NCBI RefSeq assembly: GCF_004010195.1
Contig: NC_057754.1
Coordinates: 504,369 to 554,167, forward strand
Origin: Chiloscyllium plagiosum
Lineage: Eukaryota
Reading direction: 5' to 3'
Length of the DNA stretch: 49,799 bases
Shown: positions 37,841-49,799 of the stretch, piece after piece
Layout: each line of letters opens with the position of its first letter
Position numbering within the stretch: the stretch's first letter is position 1
Notes under the pieces: generated by a model
The model's input: only the letters and a program-made list of their open reading frames with translations
Told to the model about the DNA's origin: nothing
Database searches by the model: none
Program-made: the position numbers and the translations under genes

Positions 37841-38411
37841 GTCTATTGATGTTAGAGGGCCTTCTCTCACCAGTGTATTTTTCTCATTGTTGTTTCTTAA
37901 CCTCCAACATTATGAAGTCGACATCATCTCATTTCATGCTGTCAAACGTATTGCTCAACATATTAACAAAACTACTTCACCAAGCTTCACTTCTTTCCTG
38001 CAATCCTTAGGTTTTTTTTTAGTTAGCTAAATACAGTGTGATAATACAACAACTCATTTTTTCTTGTTCATTGAGAAATCCTGGTGTATATATTCTTTTA
38101 GCCTGAATTAAACATTTGGATGGTTTAAACAAGTTCTCACATTTATGACAACTCTGGGAATACTCAGACTTGATTTACACACACTATTACAGCGGGTCGT
38201 GACAAGAAAAAGCACCATCTTTATAGATTGGGTTCTATTGTCGGTTGTTGAGTAAATTGACTACCTTAAAATAAGGCAAATCATTCCTGTAGATTTTCAG
38301 ACAGCCAACATTGCTCAAATCAAAAATGGCCGGAGTACACATCCTGTAATTTGGTGGTCACAGACTTTTCATTTAATTCTCTATTGTGAGACTAACAGCA
38401 AAGACACTGAC

Positions 38412-38524
38412 CTTATTTCACCACACAGTACACATCGGTTTGGAAACGTATTTCCATCGATATCACAAACTGGAATATATTCTCTAGTACAGATAGGGGC
38501 ATTAGGATAGTCTTCACAGTGTGG
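38412..38524 (-). CDS. SPINK-like gene B exon 3 (Kazal core PHCEDYPNAPICTREYIPVCDIDGNTFPNRCVLCGEI)
   Basis: Acceptor ccattttcag|, donor AG|gtcagt; textbook Kazal C-T-R-E-Y-x-P-V-C-x2-D-G-x-T-[YF]-x-N-x-C-x2-C. Confidence 0.95.
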
Positions 38525-39660
38525 CTGAAAATGGTAAAATTAATACATAGGTATTTTAAATATCTGAATGTGAAATTCAGTTGCATAGTGCAGCTTCTAA
38601 CATGTTGGTATGATTCTATTTTGATGGCACACACAGTCCATCCAGCTGGTGAGGCCCTAGAGTTTCAATGAAGAACACAAGCTTCATACTATGGCCTCTG
38701 CCAAGTTGAAGCTGGTCGTCTCCATTCTCCTGGATACATCAATGCTTAATCCAGCCTCCGAGTATCTTATTTTCATATCTAGATGCTGACCAGTGGACTC
38801 ACTTTGACTGGTCCTGGGATTTCTGGTATGTCATGACCTCTCCAGAGGCCAATTGTGGACAGAACCATTAACCCTAATAACTCTGTTCACACAATGGCAT
38901 CAATATATGAATATGCCTCTTGGTTATGTACCTTTTTTTATGAGTCTGCTGAATTGAATGGCACAATCACAACTGGATCCCATTGCATCATCTCCTGTTT
39001 CCATTTGCATCTACTCATGATCGATCATTTATAGGACCCATTTGTCCCAAATAAAATTCCAAACTAGCCACTGAACTGACTACTGGCTTGTTAACAAGCT
39101 CAATTGTTTAATAATCTGAATCAGGCCCTATACTGGCCTCTGCCTTCTACCTACAAAAGTATTGATGGTCAAAACAATGACAGCAAACCAGCGCAATAGC
39201 CAATTACATTGATATTCACACCATCCTGCTCACTCCCACCCTCCCCACCACCATAAGGTGAGCATTCTGCCCCTTCTCCTTTAGTATTTCCTTAAACATA
39301 TGTGACAACTCAGAGAGCCTGGGCCTAATAATTATTACTTGGTGTACCTTCTGTTTGACTCTCTCTGGACATGGTGTTCTTTCAGTCAGATTTGTCAATT
39401 AAATATGAACCAGTGTGTGTTTTGGGTCAGTTTGAGCACAGACGCATCACAGCAGAAAAACCCAGCGCTGACCTTCCCTGTGTGAATCGCTGCTGATGCA
39501 AAATTAGATTCCCTCATGGATGTTTCCCTTCAGGACCAATGAGCCAATGACTAGGAATTGGAGACCTACTGCTCTATAATCATCAATGTTGGACTGAGCA
39601 TAAAAACAACATTAAAACAACAAGGAGAATTTAACATCAACAGAACATGTTAAAATTAGA

Positions 39661-39905
39661 AACCAAAAGAGAAAATGCTGGAAAGTCTCAGCAGGTCTGG
39701 CAGCATCTGTAAGGAGAGAAAAGAGCTGACGTTTCGAGTCTAACTGACCCTTTGTCAAAGCCCATGAGCTTTGATAAAGGGTCAGTTAGACTCGAAATGT
39801 CAGCTCTTTTCTCTCCTTACAGATGCTGCCAGACCTGCTGAGATTTTCCAGATTTTTTTCTTTTGGTTTCAGATTCCAGCATCCGCAGTAATTTGCTTTT
39901 ATCCA
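39661..39905. mobile_element. Penelope-derived fold-back insertion
   Basis: About 100-bp inverted arms around a 6-nt loop (39762-39767); 14-bp TSD atgttaaaattaga (39647-39660 / 39906-39919). Confidence 0.85.
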
Positions 39906-39926
39906 ATGTTAAAATTAGACTTCCAC

Positions 39927-39961
39927 CTCATTCTTATCGGAAAGGTGAATCTTGGCCAGAT
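39927..39961 (-). CDS. SPINK-like gene B exon 2 (35 nt, (D)LAKIHLSDKNE)
   Basis: Acceptor ccatttcctgtttcag|, donor GAG|gtggaa (weak), phase 1-0 linking exons 1 and 3 in frame. Confidence 0.8.
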
Positions 39962-40679
39962 CTGAAACAGGAAATGGAGAACTCATTAAAAGGGCACAAA
40001 CTTACATCGACCACATAGCACATACACATTTACTGAGCAGTTGGAGAGACCATTGATAGTGGCTATTCTACTTAGCAAAGCAACTAAATAAATCATCAAG
40101 TAACTAAAGATTTGAAACAAGGTTAGAAAAATGACATTGCTGCCTCAAACTACAATCCTTTAGCATTTTGGCTGTTAGATAAGAGTTCAACATGTCCCAA
40201 TTCAGTCATCTGAAATAAAATTATAAGTACCACTGCTCAGATCTAGGACTCCTTAAGAATAATATTTTGTGAATTGGTGAAACCATTAAATCTGTCCAAT
40301 AAAATATTAGTTATTGTTATCAAGTGGTTTTCTGTGCTATTTCAGATTAAGTATTACATCTGAATTGTCCTGTGTGCTTAATAGGCATGTCAGAGGAACA
40401 TTTTTCATTTTAAAACTTGTAAAATTCCTTCTAATCAATCAGAAGGACTGATGATGTGTGTTTAGGGATACCAAGGAGGAAATCTCAATGGATGTGTAGC
40501 TGTTTACTCCCACACTCCTGTTCATCAGGAAACTTTTACAAGGACTGGCATGATCTCTCAGTTCGACTTTGCACAGTTCATGGTTGCTAGTCTATGGTTC
40601 TAAAGGATGTAGGACAGTATTTAGCAGATATATGTTTCCAAGTAACCACAAAATATGCAAACGTAGCAACATTGCTCAC

Positions 40680-40734
40680 CAACAGTAGCAAGGACCGTAG
40701 TCATAGTGACAAGAAACACTCTGCCCATCTTCAT
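40680..40734 (-). CDS. SPINK-like gene B exon 1 (signal peptide MKMGRVFLVTMTTVLATV), 55 nt coding
   Basis: cagcttcacaATGAAG start, donor G|gtgagc. Confidence 0.9.
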
Positions 40735-42339
40735 TGTGAAGCTGCTAGACAAGAGTCAGATGTTTGAATGTGTGTAGACAGTTTCACCTGCCCAGTGCTC
40801 CTGGCATCACATCATCGGTGTTCACAAATCATCATATTCTGAAAATAGACGGTAATAAGATAATAAAGAATTACCTTTGAAATAATTATTTGAAGATTGA
40901 GCATTATAATACTTATGTAACACTCATGCAGCCAGTAATAAAGGAGCCCATGAATCTCACCAGTTTAAAAGTCACACTTTGGGAGTAAAGCAGTTGAGTA
41001 AGTGACCTAACTTGTGCTTCTAAGGATTTGCTACATGGCATTACCATCATTTCCAAGTTCCCTTCCAGGTCACCCAACAGCTAAACTTCAGAATATATCA
41101 CTATACCTTCCTTATTACTGGATCACTGCCCTGCCTGACTGCAGTAATCCAAAAAACCTGTCACCACATTTTTAACAGATAATCTAGGATTATTTATGGA
41201 GCTGTGCCCCAAAAAGGAATGATTTAAAAAATACAGTATTGGCAGTAACAGTCTGCCTCTATTATTTACACAGCCCATGGAATGGAGGGAACCATATTGC
41301 AATAGACACGGACAGGGATGGGACGGGATGCTCTTTGGAGGGTTGGTGTGGACTTGATGGGCCAAATGGCCTGCTTCCACACTGTAATGATTCTATGAAT
41401 TCCAGTGTGAGAGTAACTTTGTGAGACTTAAAACATTTACTTTTGTAAAGGATTCCCTTTATAGTTATCAATGATTAACACTGAAAATAGACCAAAAGTC
41501 ACTACCTTAATCTGACCAATATGATAAAGATTGAAGTGACACAGCTGCAGTATGCTCTCTTCTCAGATGAACAGGGCAAAAGAGCCTCAAAACATTCCGT
41601 TGTTATAGTAACAGAACAAGAAAAGCTGAGAGATGCTGGGCAATGGAGTCTTGTATCAGAGAATTTGTGGACAGAGGAATAGTGCGATGATGTAACAGAG
41701 TGTAAATGGGCGAGAGGTTTGATATTTTAGTCTGGATTGTTCTGCTCTTTATTCTGACTGAGGCAAGACTTCTTAGTAACTGTTAAGTTAAGTTAATTGT
41801 TACATGGTTACTTGACGGAAGGTTACAAAGCAGCAAGCGCCACTTTGTATACCATCCAATTTCTTATCAGAATGTGAACACATGCCTACTGAGGGAAACA
41901 CAGAGAATGCTGGAAAAGCTCAGCAGGTTTGGCAGTATCTGTTGGCTGAGAGACAGAGTTGACAGGGTGGATGCTGAGAGGATGTTATTTCAATGGGAAA
42001 AGTTGGAGATTTAGAGGATTAGTTTCTCTCAGAGTTGTGAATTTTTGAAACTCTCATCTACAGTGCGCAGTGAGGGTGAGGTCATTGAGTATTTCCAAAG
42101 CAGGGGTTGATTCTTGTGTAAGGTTATCAGAATGGTCTTCATTTCTTCAATTTGGTGCTTCCTCACTGGCACTGCCAGACATATAAATAAGCTCCACCAC
42201 AAGATGAGGAGAAGAATCTTCTTATTAAACAAGCTTTTATTTAGCATGTGTGAATCCACAGAACATCAAGATCTACATTCTTAGCCCTTCTTTCTTGTTC
42301 CAAAAAGTTCTTTGCCTTCATTTAGTTTTTATAATTTTT

Positions 42340-43776
42340 AGGGAGGAGATTGCTGAGCCTTTAGCTTTGACCTTTATGTCATCATTGTCTACAGGAATAG
42401 TGCCAGAAGACTAGAGGATAGCAATTGTTGTACCCTTGTTCAAGAAGAAGAATGGAGACAACCTCAGTAATTATAGACCAGTGAGCCTTACTTTGGTTGT
42501 GGGTAAAGTGTTGGAAAAGGTTGTAAGAGATAGGAATTATAAGCATCTAGAAAGGAATAAGTTGATTAGGGACGGTCAACATTTTTTTGTGAAGGGTAGG
42601 TCGTGCCTCACAAACCTTATTGAGTTCTTTGAGAAGGTGACCAAACAGGTGGATGAGGGTAAAGCTGTTGATATGATGCTCATGGATTTCCATAAGTCAT
42701 TTGATAAGGTTTCCCACGGTAGGCTATTGGGGAAAATACGAAGTCATGGAATTGAGGGTGATTTAGCGGTTTGGATCAGAAATTGGCTAGCTGAAAGAAA
42801 ACTGAGGGTGGTAGTTGTTGGGAAATGTTCATCCTGGAGTTCATTTACCATTGCTGTGCCGCAAGGATATGTTTTGGGGCCACTGCTGTTTGTAATTTTT
42901 ATAAATGGCCTAGATGAGGACGTAGAAGGATGGGTTAGTAAATTTGCAGATGACACTAAGGTCAGTAGAGTTGAGGATACTGCTGAAAGATGTTATAGGT
43001 TACAGAAGGACAGAGCTGGGCTGAGAGGGGGTAAATGGAGTTAAACACGGAAAAGTGTGAGGTGATTCACTTTGGAAGGAGCAACTGGAATGCAGAGTAC
43101 TGGACTAATGGTAAGATTCTTGCTAGTGTAGATGAGTGGAGGGATCTCAGTATCCATGTGCATCAATCCCTGAAAGTTGCCACCCAGGTTGATAGGGTTA
43201 TTAAGAAGGCATACAATGTGTTTCCTTTTACTGGTAGAGGGATTGAGTTTTGGAACCATGCGGTCATTCTGCAGCTGTACAAAACTCTGGTGTAGCCGCA
43301 CTTGGAATATTGCGTACATTTCTGGTCACCGCATTATGGGAAGGATGTGGAAGCTTTAGAAAGTGTTCAGAGGAGATTTACTAGGATGTTGCTTGGATTG
43401 GAGGGAAGGTCTTATGAGGAAAGGCTGAGGGACTTGAGGCAGTTTTCAATAGAGAGAGGTGACTTAATTGAGACATAGGGTAGACAATGAGAGCCTTTTT
43501 CTTCGGATGGTGATGGCGAGCATGAGGGGGCATAGCTTTAAATTGAGGGGTGATAGATATAGAACAGATGTCAGAGAGTAGTAAGAGCATAGAACGCCCT
43601 GCCTGCAATAGTAGTAGACTTGCCAACTTTAAGGGCATTTAAATGGTCATTGGATAGACATATGGATGAAAATGGAATAGTGTAGTCACATGGGTGTCAG
43701 GTTGGTTTCACAGGTCGGCACAACATCAAGGGCCGAAGGGTCTGTACTGCTCTGTAATTTTCTATAATCTATTCTA
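42340..43776 (+). mobile_element. CR1 LINE 3' half (same subfamily as 32226-36570)
   Basis: NYRPVSLTLVVGKVLEKVVRDR..PQGYVLGPLLF..SKFADDTKV. Confidence 0.93.
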
Positions 43777-44919
43777 AGCTGAAAAGTATCAGAGGATTCT
43801 TGATAAACTGTCTCAAGAGCCGGAAAGACAGGAACAACTTCTGGAAGAGAAAAAACAAGGCCTGCTAGTCCCAGGTTCTCAAGATCACCCCCATGCCTGT
43901 AACCTGACCAGAAAACTCCAAAGTGGGATCATAAAATTGATGAAACTCTTTGAAAAGCTGATGAAGTTTCTTAGATAACATCCAATCTTCTTGACATGGA
44001 GCTTCAATAGGTGGAGAAAGGAGTGGAAAATTTTCAAGATGTCATTTTGTCATCACTTTGGCTTGAAATGTCTTCACAGTGGCAGGAATATCTAGTAGCT
44101 TCTGTAAAAGACCTAGCTCAAAAGCGAAAGGTATTGAGCTATTGTTAGTGGACTATTAATCCAGAGATGCATGTCACATCCTGAGGACCAGGGGTTGAAT
44201 GCCACCATGGCAGAGGGTGGAATTTGAATTCAATAAAAAGAAAACCTGGGAATTATAAATCTAATGATGATATTATTGTTCAGAGTAACCACCATACAGT
44301 CTTCTGGAGACAAGGTTCCACCTTCACATTGAGAATACCCTTCATTGTATGTGTGGCACTAGCACCATGCTAAATGGGACAGACTCAAGACTGGGCATCC
44401 ACAAGGCACTGTGCTATCAGCAGCAACAATTGTAATTAAATACAATTTGCAACCTCATGGCCTTGCATCCCCCACTCAACTATTACCATCAAGCACAGAA
44501 AATCAACCCAGGTTCAATGAAGAGCGAAGGAGGGTATGCCAGAACAGCACTGGACAAACCTCAAACGTAGCCATTAACACAGGAATAGTTGCATCATAAG
44601 TAGTAAGTGATAGAGAGAGCTAAATATTTTCATAACCAACGCATCAGATCTAAGCTCTACAGTCCTGCCACATCCAGTTTACATGCACAGTGACTCAGTG
44701 GTTAGCCCTGCTGCATCCACCTTGTCAACTCTGTTTCTCACTCTCCAGATATTGCCAAGCCTGCTGAGCTTCTCCAGCATTCTTTGTCTTTGCTTTAGTA
44801 CTCATGTGTTAGTATTTTAAAAAGAAATTGGATGATATATCAAGTCCCGTTTGCCACCTTGTAGCCTTACCATCAAGTGGCCGCTTAACAGCCACCATGG
44901 TTTAACAGTTGCTAAGAAG

Positions 44920-45230
44920 GGACATGGGTTTGATTCCAAACTTGGGTGACTGTCTGTGGAGTTTGCACATTCTCCCCGTGTCTGCATGGGTTTCCTCCGA
45001 GTGCTCTGGTTTCTTCCCACAGACCAAACATGTGTAGCTTGGGGTGAATTGGCCAGGCTAAATTGTCCGTAGTGTCCAGGGATGTGCAGGCCAGATGGTT
45101 TAGCCAAGAGAAATGTAAGGTTACAGAGATGGGGTAGGGAGGTGGGTCTGGGTGCGATGCTCTTTGGAGGGTCAGTCTACACTTGATGGATTGAACGGCC
45201 TGCTTCCACACTGTAGGGATTCTATGATTC
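44920..45230 (+). mobile_element. HE1-type SINE (older copy)
   Basis: V-SINE core and CR1-like tail. Confidence 0.8.
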
Positions 45231-45589
45231 AATGAACTTACTGGAAAAGGAGGCTCTACAAAAAAGCCGCAACATTAACATTTTGGATCTCCAGTACTGT
45301 GACTGTATCTACACCAAATGGACTGCAGTGGTTCAACAAGGCAGTTCACCATGACCTTGTCAAGGGTAGTTAGGGATAAGCAATAACTGCTGGACCTGTC
45401 ATCAATGCCCTCATCTCATGAATGAATTTAAAAAAAGCTTTGCCTTAAGGCCAGGCGTGTGATGGACACATTTGACACCGATTCATAGTATCCATTTTCT
45501 TCTGTCCCTTAGATCTGGCATCAAATATTGGTGGGCAGATTTTTCAATTGATCAACCTCATAAAATTAACATAAACTCTACTGGGTAGG

Positions 45590-45975
45590 ATTGATTGTTT
45601 TATTGCTATCACATTATGAGATACAGTGAAAAGTATTGTTTAGTGTGTTATACAGGCAGATTGTACCATACAAAGTGCATCAGGGTAAGCAGAACAGAGT
45701 GCAGAGTACAGTATGGTGCTGGAAAAGCTCAACAGGTCAGGCAGCATTTGAGGAGCAGGAGAATTAACGTTTGAAGGGCTCTTGCCTGAAACGTCGATTC
45801 TACTGCTCCTTGGATGTTGCCTGACCTGCTATGCTTTTCCAGCAACACACACTCGACTGCAGAATACAGTATTACAGCCACAGAGAAGGTGCAGAAAGAG
45901 AAATCTGAATTAACAGCAGGAAAGAAGCTGTTCTTAAATCTATTCGTGCGTGTATTCAAATTTTTATATCTTCTG
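45590..45975 (-). mobile_element. Rex1/Babar-like LINE 3' end, split by a Penelope-derived fold-back (45715-45857)
   Basis: RTNRFKNSFFPAV C-terminal motif; insertion flanked by tgcaga[g/a]tacagtat (45700-45714 / 45858-45872). Confidence 0.7.
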
Positions 45976-46049
45976 CAGTAGTGATCTGTTACATCAGATA
46001 TCCATTTTATTTAGTGCCCACAGCTTCATGCTTGCTTCTGCAATGCCAT

Positions 46050-47365
46050 GAGAAGTTACATGTATTTGGAAAGGCAAGGACTGATTAGGGATAGGCAACA
46101 TGGCTTTGTGTGTGGGAAATCATGTCTCACGAACTAGATTGAATTTTTTGAAGAAGTAACAAAGAGGATTGATGAGGGCAGAGTGGTGGACGTGATCTTC
46201 ATGGACTTCAGTAAGGTGTTCGACAAGGTTCCCCATGGGAGACTGGTTAGCAAGATTAGATCTCATGGAATACAGGGAGAACTAGCCACTTGGATACAGA
46301 ACTGGCTCGAAGGTAGAAGACAGAGGGTGGTGATGGAGGGTTGTTTTTCAGACTGGAGGCCTGTGACCAATGGAATACCACAAGGATTGGTGGTGGGTTC
46401 ACTACTTTTCGTCATTTATATAAATGATTTGGATGTAAACATAGGAGGTATAGTTACTGAGTTTGCAGATGACACCAAAATTGGAGGTGTAGTGGACAGT
46501 GAAGAAGGTTACCGCAGATTAGAACGGGATCTTGATCAGATGGGCCAATGGGCTGAGGACTGGCGGATGGAGTTTAATTTGCTGCACTTTGGAAAAGCAA
46601 ACCAGAGCAGGACCTATACACTTAATGCTAAGGTCCTGGGGAGTGTTGCTGAACAAAGAGACTTTGGAGTGCAGGTTCATAGCTCCTTGAAAACAGAGTC
46701 ATAGGTAGATAGATAGTGAAGAAGGTGTTTGGTATACTCTCCTTTAATACTCAGAATATTGAGTATAGGAGTTGGGAGATCATGTTACGGCCATACTGGA
46801 CATTGGTTAGGCCACTTTTGAAATATCGCATGCAATTCTTATCTCCTTCCTGTAGGAAGGATGTTGTGAAACTTGAAAGGGTTCAGCAAAGACTTACAAG
46901 GATTTTGCCATGATTGGAGGATATGAGCTATAGAGAGAGGTTGAATAGGCTGGGACTGTTTTCCCTGGAGTGTCGGAAGTTGAGGGGTAACCTTACAGAG
47001 GTTTATAAAATCATGAAGGTCATGGATAGGGTAAAGAGACGAAGTATTTTCCCTGGGGTGGGGGAGTCCAGAACTAGAGGGCATAGGTTCAAAGTGAGAG
47101 GGGAAAGATATAAAAGGGACCTAAGAGGCAACCTTTTCACATAGAGGGTGCTGCGTGTTTGGAATGAGCTGACAGAGGAAGTAGTGGAGGCTAGTACAAT
47201 TGCAACATTTAAAAGGCATCTGGATGGATATATGAATAGGAAGGGTTTGGAGGGATATGGGCCAGATGCTGGCAAGTGGGACTAGATAGGGTTGGGATAT
47301 CTGGCGGTCGGCATGAACAAGTTGGACTGAAGGGTCTATTTTTCCATGCTGTGCATCTCTATGAC
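46050..47365 (+). mobile_element. CR1 LINE 3' half
   Basis: MDFSKVFDKVPHGRL..FVIYINDLD..FADDTKIGG. Confidence 0.93.
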
Positions 47366-47381
47366 ACCATGCCTCTAAGTC

Positions 47382-47470
47382 CTGAAGAAGGGCTTATGCC
47401 CGAAACGTCGATTCTCCTGTTCCCTGGATGCTGCCTGACCTGCTGCGCTTTTCCAGCAACACATTTTCAG
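47382..47470 (+). mobile_element. Short Penelope-derived insertion with hammerhead motif
   Basis: 9-bp TSD ctctaagtc (47373-47381 / 47471-47479); starts CTGAAGAagggcttatgcccGAAACGTC. Confidence 0.8.
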
Positions 47471-49009
47471 CTCTAAGTCTCGTGTATGTTAGTTTCTGCT
47501 GGAATCATCTGAGAATCCTTGGGTATATTCACTGTCACCAATCCTACTGTTGTATCAGTCTATGCTATTGCTAGAGTGGTACCACACAAAGTCTTCAGCA
47601 GAAGGTAGGCCAAATCTTGATAAATGATGATTCGGTTTATTACATATTATTTAGTAGCTAGTTACATTACATCTCTAATACATGCTTGTCTCAGAAAAGA
47701 TTTTCATGTTCAACTTAATATTAGAATGTAGAATATCCTTTATTGGCGCACATATTCAATATAAATTACAATGAAAAGTGTGTACCATCACTGTATATAG
47801 GCAGCAATCACATTAACTTATAATAACATTTTTAAAAGATCGCTTAAAGATAGTCCAACATTTCCTTCCCAATTGCTGCAGCATCCTGCCAGCAAAGTAC
47901 CGCTCCGGGCTTCCTAGCCCACTCCATGTTCCAAGTGTCCCACTCTGGGCTTCCCAGTCCATGCCATGTCACCGAGAGTCTCCTGCTCCAGGCTTCCCAG
48001 CCCACACCACAGTGCCGCCAAGGGCCCACTCCAGGCGAAAGCAAGAGTCCTGCTTCAAGCTTCACAAGTTGGCTGACTGACTCTGTAGCAACAGTGTCTT
48101 TGAAGATGTTGCCGCCACCACTCCAAAGCATATCAAAACCGCCTCCTGCTGAAGAACACTCCTTATCAGGTAAGTTTGAGAAAAAAGAAGGGGAAGAAAG
48201 AAAAAGAAAAGGACAAGCCCGGGCACAGGAGCCTGTATGTTGCCTGCTTTGCTGCAGTCATCTTGGTGGCAATTAAGTGAGATTACTTGTTTAGAAACAC
48301 GTTAATACAAAGAACAAACATTGAACAGTTAACTTCTGGTGAACAAATCCACAATTCATTGTACAAAAAGAACTCTGGTTAGCTCCTCTCCAGCAACACT
48401 AGTTTGTATCTTGTTACATGGAGCTTATCTTGTGATGTTAGTTAGCCTTTCCAGGCACTAAATGCCTTAAACAACAAGAAGCAGCTGCCAGTCACAGTCA
48501 ATTACATTCCGAATACACTTACAGTGCTCAGTCAGACAATGGGTTCCACTGTCCTGGTGAACGCCATTCCTTGAACAACTTTCCTCAGGAACTCTTAGTC
48601 TTATGATTTTCAGGTGTCTAAATGTTAGAAATTTTCTTGAGTCAACAAACAAGACTGTTCTCTGAGCACAATGTACCAGTTGTAGTTGGTACTGAGCCAA
48701 CAGGATCTTCCAGAGAATGGTACAGGCTTTGGCTGATGGTGGATAAATAAGACTTGTTAAACAGAAAATTGGGAAGTGAAACAAGCAATCTATCTCAAAT
48801 GGGATAAGACTAATAGATGTTTAATAGGACAAAATATGACTTGTAGCCAATAAGTTGTCAGCTATACAGTTGGCCAAATGTTCCCCTTCACTGGAGTCAA
48901 TAGGAAAGAATATCAATGTCCTGGCACTTTCTGTTGATCAGAAACTGAGCTAGACTATCCATATAAATATAGTGACTACAAGAGCGGGTCAGAGAATAGG
49001 GATCTTACA

Positions 49010-49582
49010 GTGAGAAACTCACCTCCTGACTCCCCAAAGTCTGACCACCATCTACAAGGCACAAGCCAGGAGTGTGATGGAATACTGTCCATTTGCCTGA
49101 ATGAACATAGCTCTAACAATACTCGAGAAGCTTGACACCATCCAGGACCAAGCAACCCGCCTGACTGGCAGCACATCCACAAACATTCATTCCCTTCATC
49201 ACTGATGCACAGTAACAACAATCATGTACCATCTACAAGATCCACTGCAGAAATTCACCAAAGCTCCTTAGAAAGCACCCTCCAAACCCATGACCACTGC
49301 CATCTAGAAAGACAAAGGCAGCAAATACCTTGGAACACCACCACTTGCAAGTTCCGCAACCCGCCACTTACCATATTGACTTGGAAATATATCACTGTTC
49401 CTTCAGTGTCACGGGGTCAAAATCCTGGAACGCCTGTCTTACAGCATTGTGAGTCTACTCACAGCACTGGATTGCAGTGGTTCAAGAAGGCAGCTCAATA
49501 CCATCTTCTCCAGGGAATCTTGGGATGTGCATTAAATGCCAACCCAGCAGGTAGCATCCACACCATGTGAGTGAATAAAAGA
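49010..49582 (+). mobile_element. LINE (second family) 3' fragment
   Basis: Colinear with 9220-9766. Confidence 0.85.
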
Positions 49583-49799
49583 ATCACAAAAAGGAGAGTC
49601 CTCACTTTCTCCTAGTTGATCTTAACCTTCTGCGAATCCTCTTGCAAGGATGCCTACCTTGAAGAAACCGTCCTCCTCCTTCTACAAGGATCTCTCACTG
49701 CACCCCCCCCCCCCCCCCCAGGTCATCTCCTCTTCCCTGAAGCCGCCAACACCCCCTCTCCAGCCTATCACCCTCACCTCCTTCCACCTATTGTATTCC

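Larger units (their letters stand above)
29745..40734 (-). other. SPINK-like gene B (canonical single-domain Kazal inhibitor), 4 coding exons: join(40734-40680,39961-39927,38524-38412,29790-29745), 82 aa
   Basis: Spliced product MKMGRVFLVTMTTVLATVDLAKIHLSDKNEPHCEDYPNAPICTREYIPVCDIDGNTFPNRCVLCGEIRLSGNKILIKHFGEC*. GT-AG introns, phases 1/0/2, classical Kazal motifs. Confidence 0.93.

Noticed and set aside
38413..38634. 73-aa minus-strand ORF from the track
   Set aside because: Wrong frame; the real exon is in the frame encoding the Kazal core.
48467..48784. Cys-containing 105-aa ORF as a further Kazal exon
   Set aside because: Cys spacing does not fit the Kazal pattern.

Overview
Repeat-dense vertebrate genomic DNA. 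The HE1-type SINEs, CR1/HER1 LINEs and Penelope elements point to a shark or other elasmobranch; this is inferred from repeat content only. Almost all listed ORFs are retroelement debris. Hidden among the repeats, and mostly absent from the ORF track, are two complete four-exon Kazal-type serine protease inhibitor (SPINK-like) genes in tandem on the minus strand. Gene B (40734-29745, 82 aa) is canonical with P1=Arg. Gene A (16263-7054, 96 aa) is strongly divergent, with P1=Leu and a C-terminal extension. Both share exon sizes/phases (55/35/113-122/last; phases 1-0-2) and Cys spacing x8-x7-x10-x2-x17. The window also has many Penelope-like elements and short derivatives carrying minimal hammerhead-ribozyme motifs, several as TSD-flanked fold-backs. 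Other features are a tRNA-Trp pseudogene fused to one of these derivatives, a Gypsy integrase remnant, a solo LTR, two templated-insertion scars, a minisatellite and a 112-N assembly gap. Repeat boundaries are approximate unless TSDs are given.
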